A stretch of 39,350 nt of DNA from positions 1 to 39,350 of the forward strand of contig JACRNN010000204.1 in the NCBI GenBank assembly GCA_016234955.1. Reading direction: 5' to 3'. Position 1 is the first letter of the stretch. Every line of letters begins with the position of its first letter. The stretch comes from Deltaproteobacteria bacterium (GTDB lineage: Bacteria > Desulfobacterota > GWC2-55-46). The position numbers were made by a program, and so were the translations under genes. Below are positions 1 through 8,577 of the stretch, piece after piece. The notes under the pieces are model-generated. The model was not told the origin of the DNA, searched no databases, and saw nothing but the letters and a program-made list of their open reading frames with translations.

Positions 1-1
1 C

Positions 2-1747
2 TACAGCCACGCCTCGAACATAAACCGCTACTCCAACCTCATACTCTCCAGATGCCTGCACAGGAGCGAGAAAAAACCGTTATTATGGTACGGGAAAACG
101 TCGCGCGTAGACCACAACTACTCGATAACGCGCAACGTCCTTACGCTGCGCGACGCCGAGGCCTGCAAGAAAGACCCCTCCGCCGTAATCAAGGCGTTTG
201 AATACTCCCAGGCATTCGACGTGGAGATAGACCAGGCCGCAAAGGACCTGATAATAGGGTTCCTCGACGAATCCGACGGCGGCTTCAGGGAATCAAGGGA
301 CGTATCCGACTCATTCCTCAAGATACTCAAGGGCAGGAACGTATACAGGACGCTTCTTGAGATGCACAGGCTCAAGTTCCTCGACAGATACATACCCGAG
401 TTCGAGGAGATAAGCTGCAAGGTCCAGCACGACCTCTATCACATATACACGGTGGACGCGCATACGCTCTTCGCCATAAGGGAGATTGAAAGGCTCAAGG
501 GCGAATACAAGTCCGAGTTCGCGCTCCTTTCAACCATTTACGAAGAGACCCCGAACCCTGAGATACTGATGCTCGCCGTACTCTTCCACGATATCGGAAA
601 GGCCCACGGCAAGGGGCACGCCGAAAAGGGCGCGGCAATGGTCCCCGAGATATGCCGGAGGCTGCACCTCTCCGAAGACGACACCGCCCTCATAAAATTC
701 CTCGTGGAGAACCACCTCATCCTGGCCAACACCGCCCAGTACAGGGACCTCCACGACGAGAAGCTCGTGATCGAGTTCGCCAGAAAGGTCGGCGACATGG
801 AAAGGCTCAACCTGCTTTACCTCCTTACGTTCGCGGACGTGAGGGCGGTGGGCCCGGACGTATGGAGCCAGTGGAAGGGGGCGCTTTTTCAGGAGATCTA
901 CTTCAAGGTGCTGACGGTCCTTGAAAGGGGCACCTTCGAGGTCGTGGAGGCGGGGGCGAAGATCGAGGAGATAAGGCATAGGGTGACGGACCTGCTGGCC
1001 CGGAGCGGAGTAACGGAGGCCGACGTGGACGAGTACTTCGGGCTGCTGCCGCAGAGGTACTTCCTTTCAAACAGCCCGGACTCCATCGCCGGGCACATAG
1101 ACCTCCTTAAAAGGTTCGTCAACGTCCAGTACCTGATGACCGTCAGGCAGGATACCTCCAGAGAGTATACCGAGCTAATCATCTGCACGTACGACGTCCA
1201 CGGGCTCTTCTCCATGATAGCGGGTGTCATGGCCGCCAACGCGGTAAACATACTCGGGGCGCAGATAAACACGCTCAAGAACGGCATAGCGCTCGACATA
1301 CTGCAGGTGAACACGCCCCTCGGGGAGCTCATCACGGACGAAGGGAAGCTCAAGAAGATAGAAAAGGACCTATCGGACGTAATCACCGGCAGGGTCAGGG
1401 TGGCCAATCTCGTCGGCAGGAGAAAACCGTCGATCCTCGACAGGAAGGCCAAGCCCAAGGTAAGGACGACCGTTCAGATAGACAACGACGTCTCGGACGC
1501 CTACACCGTTATAGACATCCATACCCAGAATAGAATCGGGCTCCTCTACGACATTACGTCCACCCTTTCAAGGCTCGGACTCTACATCTACATAGCCAAG
1601 ATATCCACGAAAGGGGAGAGCGCCGCGGACATATTCTACGTAAAGGACATCTTCGGCCAGAAGATATACTATAAGGAGCGGCTCAGGGAGATAGTCGATA
1701 CGCTCTACAACCTCCTGACGGAGAAGGAGCCCGCGGCAAATGGCTGA
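2..1747 (+). CDS. glnD: [Protein-PII] uridylyltransferase/uridylyl-removing enzyme, 5'-truncated by the window
   Basis: Frame is open from base 2 (YSHASNINRY...). Contains QHDLYHIYTVDAH, the HD motif LFHDIGK, LLYLLTFADVRAVGP..W..WK and two C-terminal ACT domains (DVHGLFSMIAG; NRIGLLYDIT...DIFYV). Confidence 0.93.
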   Translation, partial: YSHASNINRYSNLILSRCLHRSEKKPLLWYGKTSRVDHNYSITRNVLTLRDAEACKKDPSAVIKAFEYSQAFDVEIDQAAKDLIIGFLDESDGGFRESRDVSDSFLKILKGRNVYRTLLEMHRLKFLDRYIPEFEEISCKVQHDLYHIYTVDAHTLFAIREIERLKGEYKSEFALLSTIYEETPNPEILMLAVLFHDIGKAHGKGHAEKGAAMVPEICRRLHLSEDDTALIKFLVENHLILANTAQYRDLHDEKLVIEFARKVGDMERLNLLYLLTFADVRAVGPDVWSQWKGALFQEIYFKVLTVLERGTFEVVEAGAKIEEIRHRVTDLLARSGVTEADVDEYFGLLPQRYFLSNSPDSIAGHIDLLKRFVNVQYLMTVRQDTSREYTELIICTYDVHGLFSMIAGVMAANAVNILGAQINTLKNGIALDILQVNTPLGELITDEGKLKKIEKDLSDVITGRVRVANLVGRRKPSILDRKAKPKVRTTVQIDNDVSDAYTVIDIHTQNRIGLLYDITSTLSRLGLYIYIAKISTKGESAADIFYVKDIFGQKIYYKERLREIVDTLYNLLTEKEPAANG

Positions 1748-2654
1748 GACCGGGCTTGAAGATACCTGGGAGCGGCTCGTTGCCGAGTTCCTCGACTACA
1801 TAGTGGTGGAAAAGGGGCTCTCGGACAACACGCGCCTGTCCTACAGCCGGGACCTCATGCGTTTCGCCGCCTTCATGAGGGGCAGGGGTCCGTCCCTCAT
1901 GGACGCCAACGCCGATGACATATCCGCGTTTTTAGGGGAACTCAAGAAAGACGGCCAGTCGGCGCGCTCGTATACAAGGTCGCTCATAGCGATAAGGGGT
2001 TTTTACAGGTACCAGCAGAGAATGGGGAGGCTCAAGGCGTCCCCCTGCGCGTTTGTGGATATACCGAGGTTCACTAAAAGGCTGCCTGAGTTCCTCACGT
2101 TTGACGAGATAGACCGGCTCCTCGGGGCCCCCGGTGAGGACACCGCGCTCGGGCTGAGGGATAAGGCTATGCTTGAGACGCTCTATGCCACGGGGCTCCG
2201 GGTCTCGGAGCTGGTGAGGCTCAGGCTCAATGACCTGAACCTCCAGGGGGGGTATCTGACGGCCTTTGGCAAGGGGTCCAGGGAGCGGCTCGTCCCGATA
2301 GGGGAGTCCGCCATGTACTGGCTCGGACGCTATATGGCGGAATCAAGGCCCTCGCTCCTCAAAGGCAGGATGAGCAACCACCTCTTTGTAACCGCGCGCG
2401 GGACGATGATGACGAGGCAGAACTTCTGGCTCCTGATTAAGAAGGCCGCGCTTGTCGCAGGTATAGAGAGAATGAAGATGAAGCCCCACATCATGCGCCA
2501 CTCCTTTGCCACGCACCTGCTTGAGAGGGGGGCTGACCTCAGGATGGTCCAGGCCATGCTCGGACACGCCGACATCTCATCCACCCAGATATACACCCAC
2601 GTCACGAACGAGAGGCTCAAAGCCCTCCACAGGAAGGGACACCCGAGGGGGTAG
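1740..2654 (+). CDS. xerD: Site-specific tyrosine recombinase XerD
   Basis: 304 aa; EKGLSDNT..SY..DL, RDKAMLETLYATGLRVSEL, GKGSRERLVP, MTRQNFW, PHIMRHSFATHLLE.GADLR.VQ.MLGHADISSTQIYTHV. Overlaps the glnD stop. Confidence 0.93.
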   Translation: MAETGLEDTWERLVAEFLDYIVVEKGLSDNTRLSYSRDLMRFAAFMRGRGPSLMDANADDISAFLGELKKDGQSARSYTRSLIAIRGFYRYQQRMGRLKASPCAFVDIPRFTKRLPEFLTFDEIDRLLGAPGEDTALGLRDKAMLETLYATGLRVSELVRLRLNDLNLQGGYLTAFGKGSRERLVPIGESAMYWLGRYMAESRPSLLKGRMSNHLFVTARGTMMTRQNFWLLIKKAALVAGIERMKMKPHIMRHSFATHLLERGADLRMVQAMLGHADISSTQIYTHVTNERLKALHRKGHPRG

Positions 2655-2737
2655 TAGGCTTCGGGGGGCGCGGGGGGCGGCAGTCAGCGCGCTACATGCT
2701 GTTTTGTCAGGGTTTTGGTCATGGTCTGAACAGGGTC

Positions 2738-2854
2738 TTGAAGCTCCCCGCGGCTTTTCCGCGGGGAATCTTCGATATGTAAGGAAACAATTTCTATTCG
2801 CTCGCTTGATCCCGCAGCTTGGGGCTGGGGAATGCGCTCGCTATGCATACTCAA
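2738..2854. mobile_element. Palindromic non-autonomous element (MITE/REP-like), long copy
   Basis: Runs TTGAAGC...ATACTCAA with a perfect 9-bp hairpin TCCCCGCGG-CTTTT-CCGCGGGGA (2745-2767) and a degenerate second hairpin (~2811-2830). Both ends share 19-bp identical blocks with 4768-4821. Confidence 0.65.
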
Positions 2855-2875
2855 TTGATACCAGCGGGAGGTATT

Positions 2876-2903
2876 ACTTGACATAATATCCATTATGCGA
2901 CAT
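2876..2903 (-). other. dif-like XerC/XerD recombination site
   Basis: Minus strand reads ATGTCGCATAA-TGGATA-TTATGTCAAGT: 11-6-11 architecture, 21/28 identical to E. coli dif GGTGCGCATAATGTATATTATGTTAAAT. Intergenic, at the point where gene orientation converges. Confidence 0.85.
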
Positions 2904-2957
2904 TAAACTTATCCACGAGCCTGCAAGCCCACGTTAAACAGGCCTTCCGGCCTTAGC

Positions 2958-3773
2958 TCAAAGCGTGTCGAAGTAGTGTTTTGCCTCCAACAGGAATATG
3001 TTCTGCGATATTGAGCGCTCCTTGAAGTTCATATACTGCCCGTATGTGGCGCGAAACTCCGTGTTCGGTGACTTGACGTCAAAAGGCCTCCATGCCAGCC
3101 CTCCCTCAAGATGGCTGTTCGTGTTTATGAACTTTATCTCCCCGAAGGCATAGAGCTTTTTGGGATCCTTCAGGATATCGTAGTTGAGGTTCACATCGAA
3201 CAGAATGCCCGGCTTGAACGGTTCGCCGTCCGGCTCCACAAGCTCCTTACTGAAAAAATACCCGGCGGAGGCGTAGCCCCAGAGCCGTTCCCTGTCGAAG
3301 TAATACCTGACGTCGGCCGCGCTCCCGTCCTTGAATCCGGACGGTTTATCAGGGCTTGTGCCCCTGTTCAGATTCGCCAGCGAAATGAGCCATATCCTGA
3401 ACTCGATGTTTTTGTCCTTGAGCGGCCTCATCGCCGCGCCGATTACCAGGTCGTACTCTCTTTTCGTAAAATCGAAACTCCCCTGGTTCAGATTCGTCGT
3501 CACTCCCGGGGTCGGCTTCTCCGTAAAAAAGTCATTGTTGATAAAGGCATAGTACTCCCTGGTGCCTATGTTCAGATTTATCTCCAGACGCATAAGCGGG
3601 TCGTAAACCAGGCCGTTCGGGGCCACGATGTGGCTGTCGAACGGATAAAAGCCTATGCCCGCGTCGCCCCAGGCCCCGGCATAGCATGTGACCGGTAAAA
3701 ACAGCAGAACAACGAAAAATATGATGTAGCCCGTAGAAAACCTTCCAGCCCAAAGCTGATGTTTCGTCGCCAT
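2958..3773 (-). CDS. Hypothetical exported protein, probable outer-membrane beta-barrel
   Basis: 271 aa; hydrophobic signal-like segment IIFFVVLLFLPVTCYAG, alternating aromatic/hydrophobic strands, near-terminal LEAKHYF. Confidence 0.55.
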   Translation of the reverse strand: MATKHQLWAGRFSTGYIIFFVVLLFLPVTCYAGAWGDAGIGFYPFDSHIVAPNGLVYDPLMRLEINLNIGTREYYAFINNDFFTEKPTPGVTTNLNQGSFDFTKREYDLVIGAAMRPLKDKNIEFRIWLISLANLNRGTSPDKPSGFKDGSAADVRYYFDRERLWGYASAGYFFSKELVEPDGEPFKPGILFDVNLNYDILKDPKKLYAFGEIKFINTNSHLEGGLAWRPFDVKSPNTEFRATYGQYMNFKERSISQNIFLLEAKHYFDTL

Positions 3774-3861
3774 ATTCCCGTACCGGTCTTCCTCCTTGAT
3801 TTGGATGCAGAAATACCCGCCGCCTCTCCCGTCGTGTTTCGATATGCATGCAGGGGCCGGT

Positions 3862-4095
3862 TCAGTCTATTATCACGTTCGTCAGGGTCCTCTTGACGTA
3901 GCTCAGGGACTGTATCTTGCTGATGACCACGTCGCCTAAGACCTTGAAGTTCGAGGCGGCCACATGGGCTATTATGTCGTATGGGCCTGTGACCACGCGC
4001 CCGCCCTTGACCCCGCCTATCTTCAGGAGCTTACTCATGACTTCTCTGGACTTCCCATGCTCGCATTCGATAAAGACATAAGCCTCTACAGCCAT
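3862..4095 (-). CDS. Stand-alone Lrp/AsnC ligand-binding (RAM) domain protein
   Basis: 77 aa; AYVFIE..G, VVTGPYDIIAHV, IQSL..V.RT.T; no HTH; GGAGGGG RBS. Confidence 0.85.
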   Translation of the reverse strand: MAVEAYVFIECEHGKSREVMSKLLKIGGVKGGRVVTGPYDIIAHVAASNFKVLGDVVISKIQSLSYVKRTLTNVIID

Positions 4096-4167
4096 AGCCC
4101 CCTCCGTTAATGTTTGATATTTATTATGATGTTTTCCCGATAAACATTTGAAAACAATCTTTGAATA

Positions 4168-4680
4168 TCAGACATGAAAGATGTTGCGATGGCAGTCCAC
4201 ACAGGTCGCCTTGCCTGATTTCATGCTTGCATGGGCGGCCCTGCCGAACTCCGTTGAAGGTTTTGGCGCCTTGTGGCAGGTCCTGCATGACGCGCTGTCC
4301 CAGGACCTGATAGACTCCCTCGCCCTCGCGGCGAACTCCTCCCTGTGCGCGTCAAAGGCCTCTTTCGTGCCGAGGTCATATCTGAACTCGCTGATAATGT
4401 CCCTTACCCCCTCAACGATATGGGTCTTGACCTTTTGAGGGAACCAGGGCGGGAAATGGCAGTCCCTGCATTCAGGGTTTATACCGAGCGTCCCGTAGTG
4501 CCTCGACCTCTTGAGGGCTTCATACGGGTAGCTCATGGAGTGGCAGGATAGGCAAAACCCGGTGGAACTGAAGTACCTCTCGGCTGAAAACACCGCGTAA
4601 GCCGCGGCGAACACGATAACGGCTGTAACAACAATAATCCTTCCTTTCCCTTTATGCATCATTCCGGGCATCTCTACCAT
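4168..4680 (-). CDS. NapC/NirT-family membrane-anchored tetraheme cytochrome c
   Basis: N-terminal TM helix, then four heme motifs CLSCH(SM), CRDCH, CRTCH, CVDCH with NapC-like spacing. Start may be a few codons downstream. Confidence 0.88.
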   Translation of the reverse strand: MVEMPGMMHKGKGRIIVVTAVIVFAAAYAVFSAERYFSSTGFCLSCHSMSYPYEALKRSRHYGTLGINPECRDCHFPPWFPQKVKTHIVEGVRDIISEFRYDLGTKEAFDAHREEFAARARESIRSWDSASCRTCHKAPKPSTEFGRAAHASMKSGKATCVDCHRNIFHV

Positions 4681-4767
4681 GTTTTTATATCGACCCGCGT
4701 ATTTAGCTTACCAGATTTTCCCCGGTTTACAAGGGTCTCTCTTGATTATCTACGCCCTGCGGTAAGT

Positions 4768-4821
4768 TTGAAGCTCCCCGCGGCTTGGGCTTAGGAGAAT
4801 GCGCTCGCTATGCATGTTCAA
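4768..4821. mobile_element. Short, internally deleted copy of the TTGAA...TTCAA element
   Basis: TTGAAGCTCCCCGCGGCTT and GAATGCGCTCGCTATGCAT are identical to the ends of 2738-2854; 5-bp terminal inverted repeat TTGAA/TTCAA. Confidence 0.65.
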
Positions 4822-4856
4822 AAGAAAAGGGGCCACGAAAAAACTCGCAACCCCTT
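4821..4856 (-). terminator. Probable intrinsic terminator after tRNA-Arg
   Basis: Minus strand: 12-bp stem AAGGGGTTGCGA / TCGTGGCCCCTT (with G-U pairs) around a short T-rich loop, followed by TTCTTT. Confidence 0.65.
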
Positions 4857-4864
4857 GATTTTCT

Positions 4865-4941
4865 TGGCGCCCCCGAGACGATTCGAACGTCCGGCACACG
4901 GATTAGGAATCCGTTGCTCTATCCTACTGAGCTACGGGGGC
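4865..4941 (-). tRNA. tRNA-Arg(CCT)
   Basis: GCCCCCGTAGCTCAGTAGGATAGAGCAACGGATTCCTAATCCGTGTGCCGGACGTTCGAATCGTCTCGGGGGCGCCA: 7-bp acceptor stem, anticodon arm ACGGA-TTCCTAA-TCCGT, T-loop TTCGAAT, encoded CCA. Confidence 0.97.
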
Positions 4942-4961
4942 GTGGAATTTTTAAGAGTAAT

Positions 4962-4990
4962 AATTTATCAAAAACGTTGTCCGCTGTCAA
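4962..4990 (-). promoter_or_regulatory. Sigma70-type promoter for tRNA-Arg
   Basis: Minus strand TTGACA-N17-TAAATT, about 20 nt upstream of the tRNA 5' end. Confidence 0.7.
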
Positions 4991-5058
4991 TCTCTTAATA
5001 ACACGCCCCGAAGCAAACCGCGGGGTAAATGAGGGCGTCTTTGTCGGGCCCGGCCTCT

Positions 5059-6282
5059 TCAGATGATTATCCCGCCCGCCACCGGATACCCGGCGTGTTC
5101 GAGTACGAACCTGCCCGTCTCCGGGATATCCGAGAAGCTGTCCACCGCCACCGGCCTGTCAAGCCTTATCTCCACCTCGGCGACCTCGGCCGGCTTTATC
5201 GTGGACGCGTCGTTTTCGACAATCTCCACCGAGGCCGGGTCGAACCTCCTGTATATCTTCTCGATCCTGCCCTTTACCTCCTGCGTGGCGCACTTGAACG
5301 TGAGAGGGACCCCGAGCTTGTAGTCCTTGTCCACCATCCAGAAGATGTTCGCGCGCACCGAGTCCGTTATAGTCGAAGTCACCGCATCGACGATTATATC
5401 GCCCCTTTTAAGGCCGTCACCCTCTACGCGTATCCCTATGCACTCCGTGGCCTGGGCCTCGGTCAGCCCGTCTTCGAGGAACTTCCTTATCTCAAGCACT
5501 CTCGCGGCAGCCTTGCCTGGCAGGATGAAGACGTCCTGCCCTTTCCTCAGGACGCCTGCCTCCACGCGCCCCACGGCTATCTCGCCGCCGTCCAGGTCGT
5601 ACATGTCCTGCACCGGGAACCTGAGCCCCTTTTCCTCCACCTTCAACGCCCTGAAACTGTCGAGGGCCTGCAGCACCGTAGGGCCCTGATACCAGGAGAG
5701 GTTTTCCGTCTTTTTCGCGACGTTCTCGCCCTTGATGGCCGAGATGGGTATGACGTAAGCGGGGGATATGTTCAGGCGGCCGAGGACCGAGGATATCTCA
5801 TTCTCTATGGACCTGAAGGCCTCCTCGGAGTATCCGGCGAGGTCCATCTTGTTTACGAGCACGGCGACCTGCCTGACGCCGAGGAGCCCGAGTATGTAGC
5901 AGTGCCTCAATGTCTGCTCCCGGATGCCCTGGCTGATGTCCACAAGGAGGATCGCCGCCTCGGCCTGGGAGACTCCGCTTATCATGTTCTTCAGGAACTC
6001 CTTGTGCCCCGGCGCGTCGATAATCACGTACCTCCTCTTTTCGGTTGAGAAGAAGGTATGGGCTATGTCTATGGTTATGCCCCTCTTCCTCTCCTCCTCG
6101 AGGTTGTCCATCATGAACGCGAACTCGACGTCCTTGCCTTGAAGCGTTGACGCCTTTTTTATCTCATCGAGCTTCTCCGGCGGCAGCGACCCTGTGTCAT
6201 AAAAGAGCCTGCCCACGAGCGTGGATTTGCCGTGGTCGACGTGGCCGACTATGACTATATGAAGGGACTTCTCTTCCATCAT
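5059..6282 (-). CDS. cysN: Sulfate adenylyltransferase GTPase subunit, without APS kinase domain
   Basis: [27 protein letters not shown] motifs and EF-Tu-like domains II/III; ends GRFVL...VAGGII; adjacent to cysD. Confidence 0.88.
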   Translation of the reverse strand: MMEEKSLHIVIVGHVDHGKSTLVGRLFYDTGSLPPEKLDEIKKASTLQGKDVEFAFMMDNLEEERKRGITIDIAHTFFSTEKRRYVIIDAPGHKEFLKNMISGVSQAEAAILLVDISQGIREQTLRHCYILGLLGVRQVAVLVNKMDLAGYSEEAFRSIENEISSVLGRLNISPAYVIPISAIKGENVAKKTENLSWYQGPTVLQALDSFRALKVEEKGLRFPVQDMYDLDGGEIAVGRVEAGVLRKGQDVFILPGKAAARVLEIRKFLEDGLTEAQATECIGIRVEGDGLKRGDIIVDAVTSTITDSVRANIFWMVDKDYKLGVPLTFKCATQEVKGRIEKIYRRFDPASVEIVENDASTIKPAEVAEVEIRLDRPVAVDSFSDIPETGRFVLEHAGYPVAGGIII

Positions 6283-6360
6283 TCAATCCTCCTCACTCCT
6301 CGACGCCTTGCATCCGAATCTTTTTGAGCAGCCTGAACAACTTGAGTTTCTCGGCAACCC

Positions 6361-7164
6361 CTACATGTACCCGAGCGACCGGAGCTTCTGCATCGTATAT
6401 GCGTCCTCCTTGTCCTGCGCCCTGCCGGCGCGCTCGGAGGTCTTTGTGGTCTTGAGCTCCTCTATTATCTCGTCCACGCTTGAGGCCTGAGACTCGACCG
6501 GGCCGCAGCAGGGCGCGCAACCTATCGACCTGTACCTCTTGCCTTCCTTGCTGAAGTAGAGCTCGGTCACCGGGATATTCTCCCTTTTTATGTACTCCCA
6601 TATGTCGAGCTCGGTCATGTGGAGTATGGGGTGGATTCTGAAGTGGTTGTCCTCTTCGGTGGTGGATTTGAACTGGTCCCATAGCTCGGCCGGCTGGTCC
6701 TCGTAGTTCCATTTGAAGTCCACGTCCCTCGGGGAAAACACCCTCTCCTTCGCCCTTATCCCGTGCTCGTCCCTCCTGATGCCGAGCAGGAGCGCCTTGA
6801 AGCCGCGCCTGGCTATGGTCTGCTTGAGGGCGTTCGTCTTGAGCTCGTTGCAGCAGTCGAGCTTTGCCCCCTTTGAAGGCCCCATGCCGGCGGCCACCTG
6901 GCCCTCGTTGCGCCCGATTATCAGGTCGAGGCCCCACTTCTTCGCGTACTCGTCCCTGAACCTGTACATCTCCGGGAATTTGTAGGTCGTGTCTATATGG
7001 ATGACGGGGAAGGGTATGCGTCCGAAGAACGCCTTCCTGCAGAGCCAGAGGAGCGTCGTCGAGTCCTTGCCCACGGACCAGAGCATGGCGATGTCCCTGA
7101 ACCTGCTGTACGCCTCGCGTATGATGAATATGCTCCTGTTCTCAAGTTCGGTCAGATGGTCCAT
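6361..7164 (-). CDS. cysD: Sulfate adenylyltransferase catalytic subunit
   Basis: LENRSIFIIREA, PP-loop WSVGKDS, HIDTTYKFPE, GIRRDE..RAKER.FSPR, RIHPIL, YRSIGC.PC, SERAGRAQDKE. Confidence 0.93.
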   Translation of the reverse strand: MDHLTELENRSIFIIREAYSRFRDIAMLWSVGKDSTTLLWLCRKAFFGRIPFPVIHIDTTYKFPEMYRFRDEYAKKWGLDLIIGRNEGQVAAGMGPSKGAKLDCCNELKTNALKQTIARRGFKALLLGIRRDEHGIRAKERVFSPRDVDFKWNYEDQPAELWDQFKSTTEEDNHFRIHPILHMTELDIWEYIKRENIPVTELYFSKEGKRYRSIGCAPCCGPVESQASSVDEIIEELKTTKTSERAGRAQDKEDAYTMQKLRSLGYM

Positions 7165-7203
7165 CCAGGTTACCCTCTCCTTTAATCGAATATCATAGTT
7201 TAA

Positions 7204-8565
7204 TCAATTACCCTTGAAATTATCAAGTATTAAATCCGTGAGACGCTCTATATGAAGCCTTTGGGAAGGGTTTACCCCGGCCGGGAGTATGCAGTGCGCG
7301 TCGTGTCTCGTGTGCATGCCCATGAAGTGGGTTCTGCCGAAGACCTCGTTCTTCTTAAGGTTCCCCTTGAGGTCATACCCGTCGTTGCCGACGCAGACCA
7401 GGTCGGGGCCCCGGAGGGCCGCGGGGCCGCTGTATAATTCGCGGTTCTCATAGACCCTTTTTATCACCTTGCTTCCGTCGGTATCGGTCATAGCCTCGAG
7501 CGCGGACCTTATCTCCGCCGCGGTTCTCTCTACATCTTGCTCCTTGACGCTCCCAAAGGGGTATCTCTTCTCCGCGTTGATATATATGCGCGCCGGGTCC
7601 ATGGCAAACGCCCTTGATCCGTCCTCCACCTGCTCGTAGTACTCCCTGCCGGAGTTCAGGGTCAAAAAATTATTTTCCCTCAGCCAGGCGTTGACGTAGA
7701 CCTCTTTTTTTATCGGCGTGAATCCGTGGTCCGACATGGTCATGAAAAACCCCTTGCCGTTGGTCTTTGACATGAAGCGCTCAAAGAGCCTCCCTATGGC
7801 CGAGTCCATCTCCCTGTAGAACGACACGAACCTCTCATGGTACCTGTGGGACGCGTCCCTCGCGGCGTCGAAGAAGAAGTGGTGTATCCTGTCGGTCTCG
7901 GTGATGACGCCTATGAAGAGCCCCCAGTCCGGCTCGTCAAGGTAATGCTCGAAGGCCTCCACGCGCTTCTTTAGAGCTAAAAAGGCGTCGTCGAAGAACT
8001 CATCGGGCTTATCCGCCGCCTTTGCCGCGTCTATGTCCGGCATGTACCCTATGGAACTCAGGTAATCGTAGGCGGCCTCCGGGTACGTCCCCTTCCTGAA
8101 GTCCGGGCAGACGAACCCGGCGGTCAGCACCCCGTTCATGGGCCTTGCCGGAAAGGTCTGCGGGACGTTAAGGACGATAGACCTTACGCCCCTGTTGATG
8201 CTACCCCCGCGCCTCTCAAATAGGGTCGAGGTCTTTGCCCCCGCCGTGCCGCCGAGCATCTCCCAGACCGTTGGGGCCAGGACGTTGTCGAAGCTCGGGA
8301 AGCTCATCCTGTAACTCCCCTCTTTCAGCTCCATGAAGCCGTATATGCCGTGCTCTCCGGGGTTTACCCCCGTCATGAAAGATGCCCATGACGTGGACGA
8401 TACGTCTGGGATAGAGGCGTCCATCTGGTTGAGCGTAAAGCCGCTCGACAGTATGGAGCCTATGTTAGGCAATATGCCCGCCTCCGCGTACTCCTTCATG
8501 AGGGTGTAGGGCGCACCGTCTATGCCTATTACGAATGCCTTTTGTTCATCCATATCAGATGCCAT
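7204..8565 (-). CDS. Alkaline-phosphatase superfamily (nucleotide pyrophosphatase/phosphodiesterase-like) protein, cytoplasmic
   Basis: VIGIDGAP, nucleophile region SIPDVSSTSWASFMTGVNPGEHGIYGF, TDRIHH, MSDHGF, GMH; no signal peptide. Confidence 0.85.
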   Translation of the reverse strand: MASDMDEQKAFVIGIDGAPYTLMKEYAEAGILPNIGSILSSGFTLNQMDASIPDVSSTSWASFMTGVNPGEHGIYGFMELKEGSYRMSFPSFDNVLAPTVWEMLGGTAGAKTSTLFERRGGSINRGVRSIVLNVPQTFPARPMNGVLTAGFVCPDFRKGTYPEAAYDYLSSIGYMPDIDAAKAADKPDEFFDDAFLALKKRVEAFEHYLDEPDWGLFIGVITETDRIHHFFFDAARDASHRYHERFVSFYREMDSAIGRLFERFMSKTNGKGFFMTMSDHGFTPIKKEVYVNAWLRENNFLTLNSGREYYEQVEDGSRAFAMDPARIYINAEKRYPFGSVKEQDVERTAAEIRSALEAMTDTDGSKVIKRVYENRELYSGPAALRGPDLVCVGNDGYDLKGNLKKNEVFGRTHFMGMHTRHDAHCILPAGVNPSQRLHIERLTDLILDNFKGN

Positions 8566-8577
8566 CGTTTCCTTTGA

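Noticed and set aside
1740-2654. Tyrosine recombinase as a prophage or island integrase
   Set aside because: Length and motifs match housekeeping XerD, it overlaps glnD, and no phage or conjugation genes are present.
2659-2680. TCGGGGGGCGC resembling the tRNA-Arg 3' end (possible att duplicate)
   Set aside because: Opposite orientation to the tRNA, short and low-complexity; not a direct-repeat att site.
2909-2917. DnaA-box-like TTATCCACG beside dif
   Set aside because: Single 8/9 match with no box cluster, unwinding element or dnaA/dnaN; not evidence of an origin.
5059-6282. EF-Tu/EF-1alpha or SelB call from GHVDHGKST
   Set aside because: Adjacent cysD and the CysN-type C-terminus identify it as CysN; no SelB winged-helix extension.
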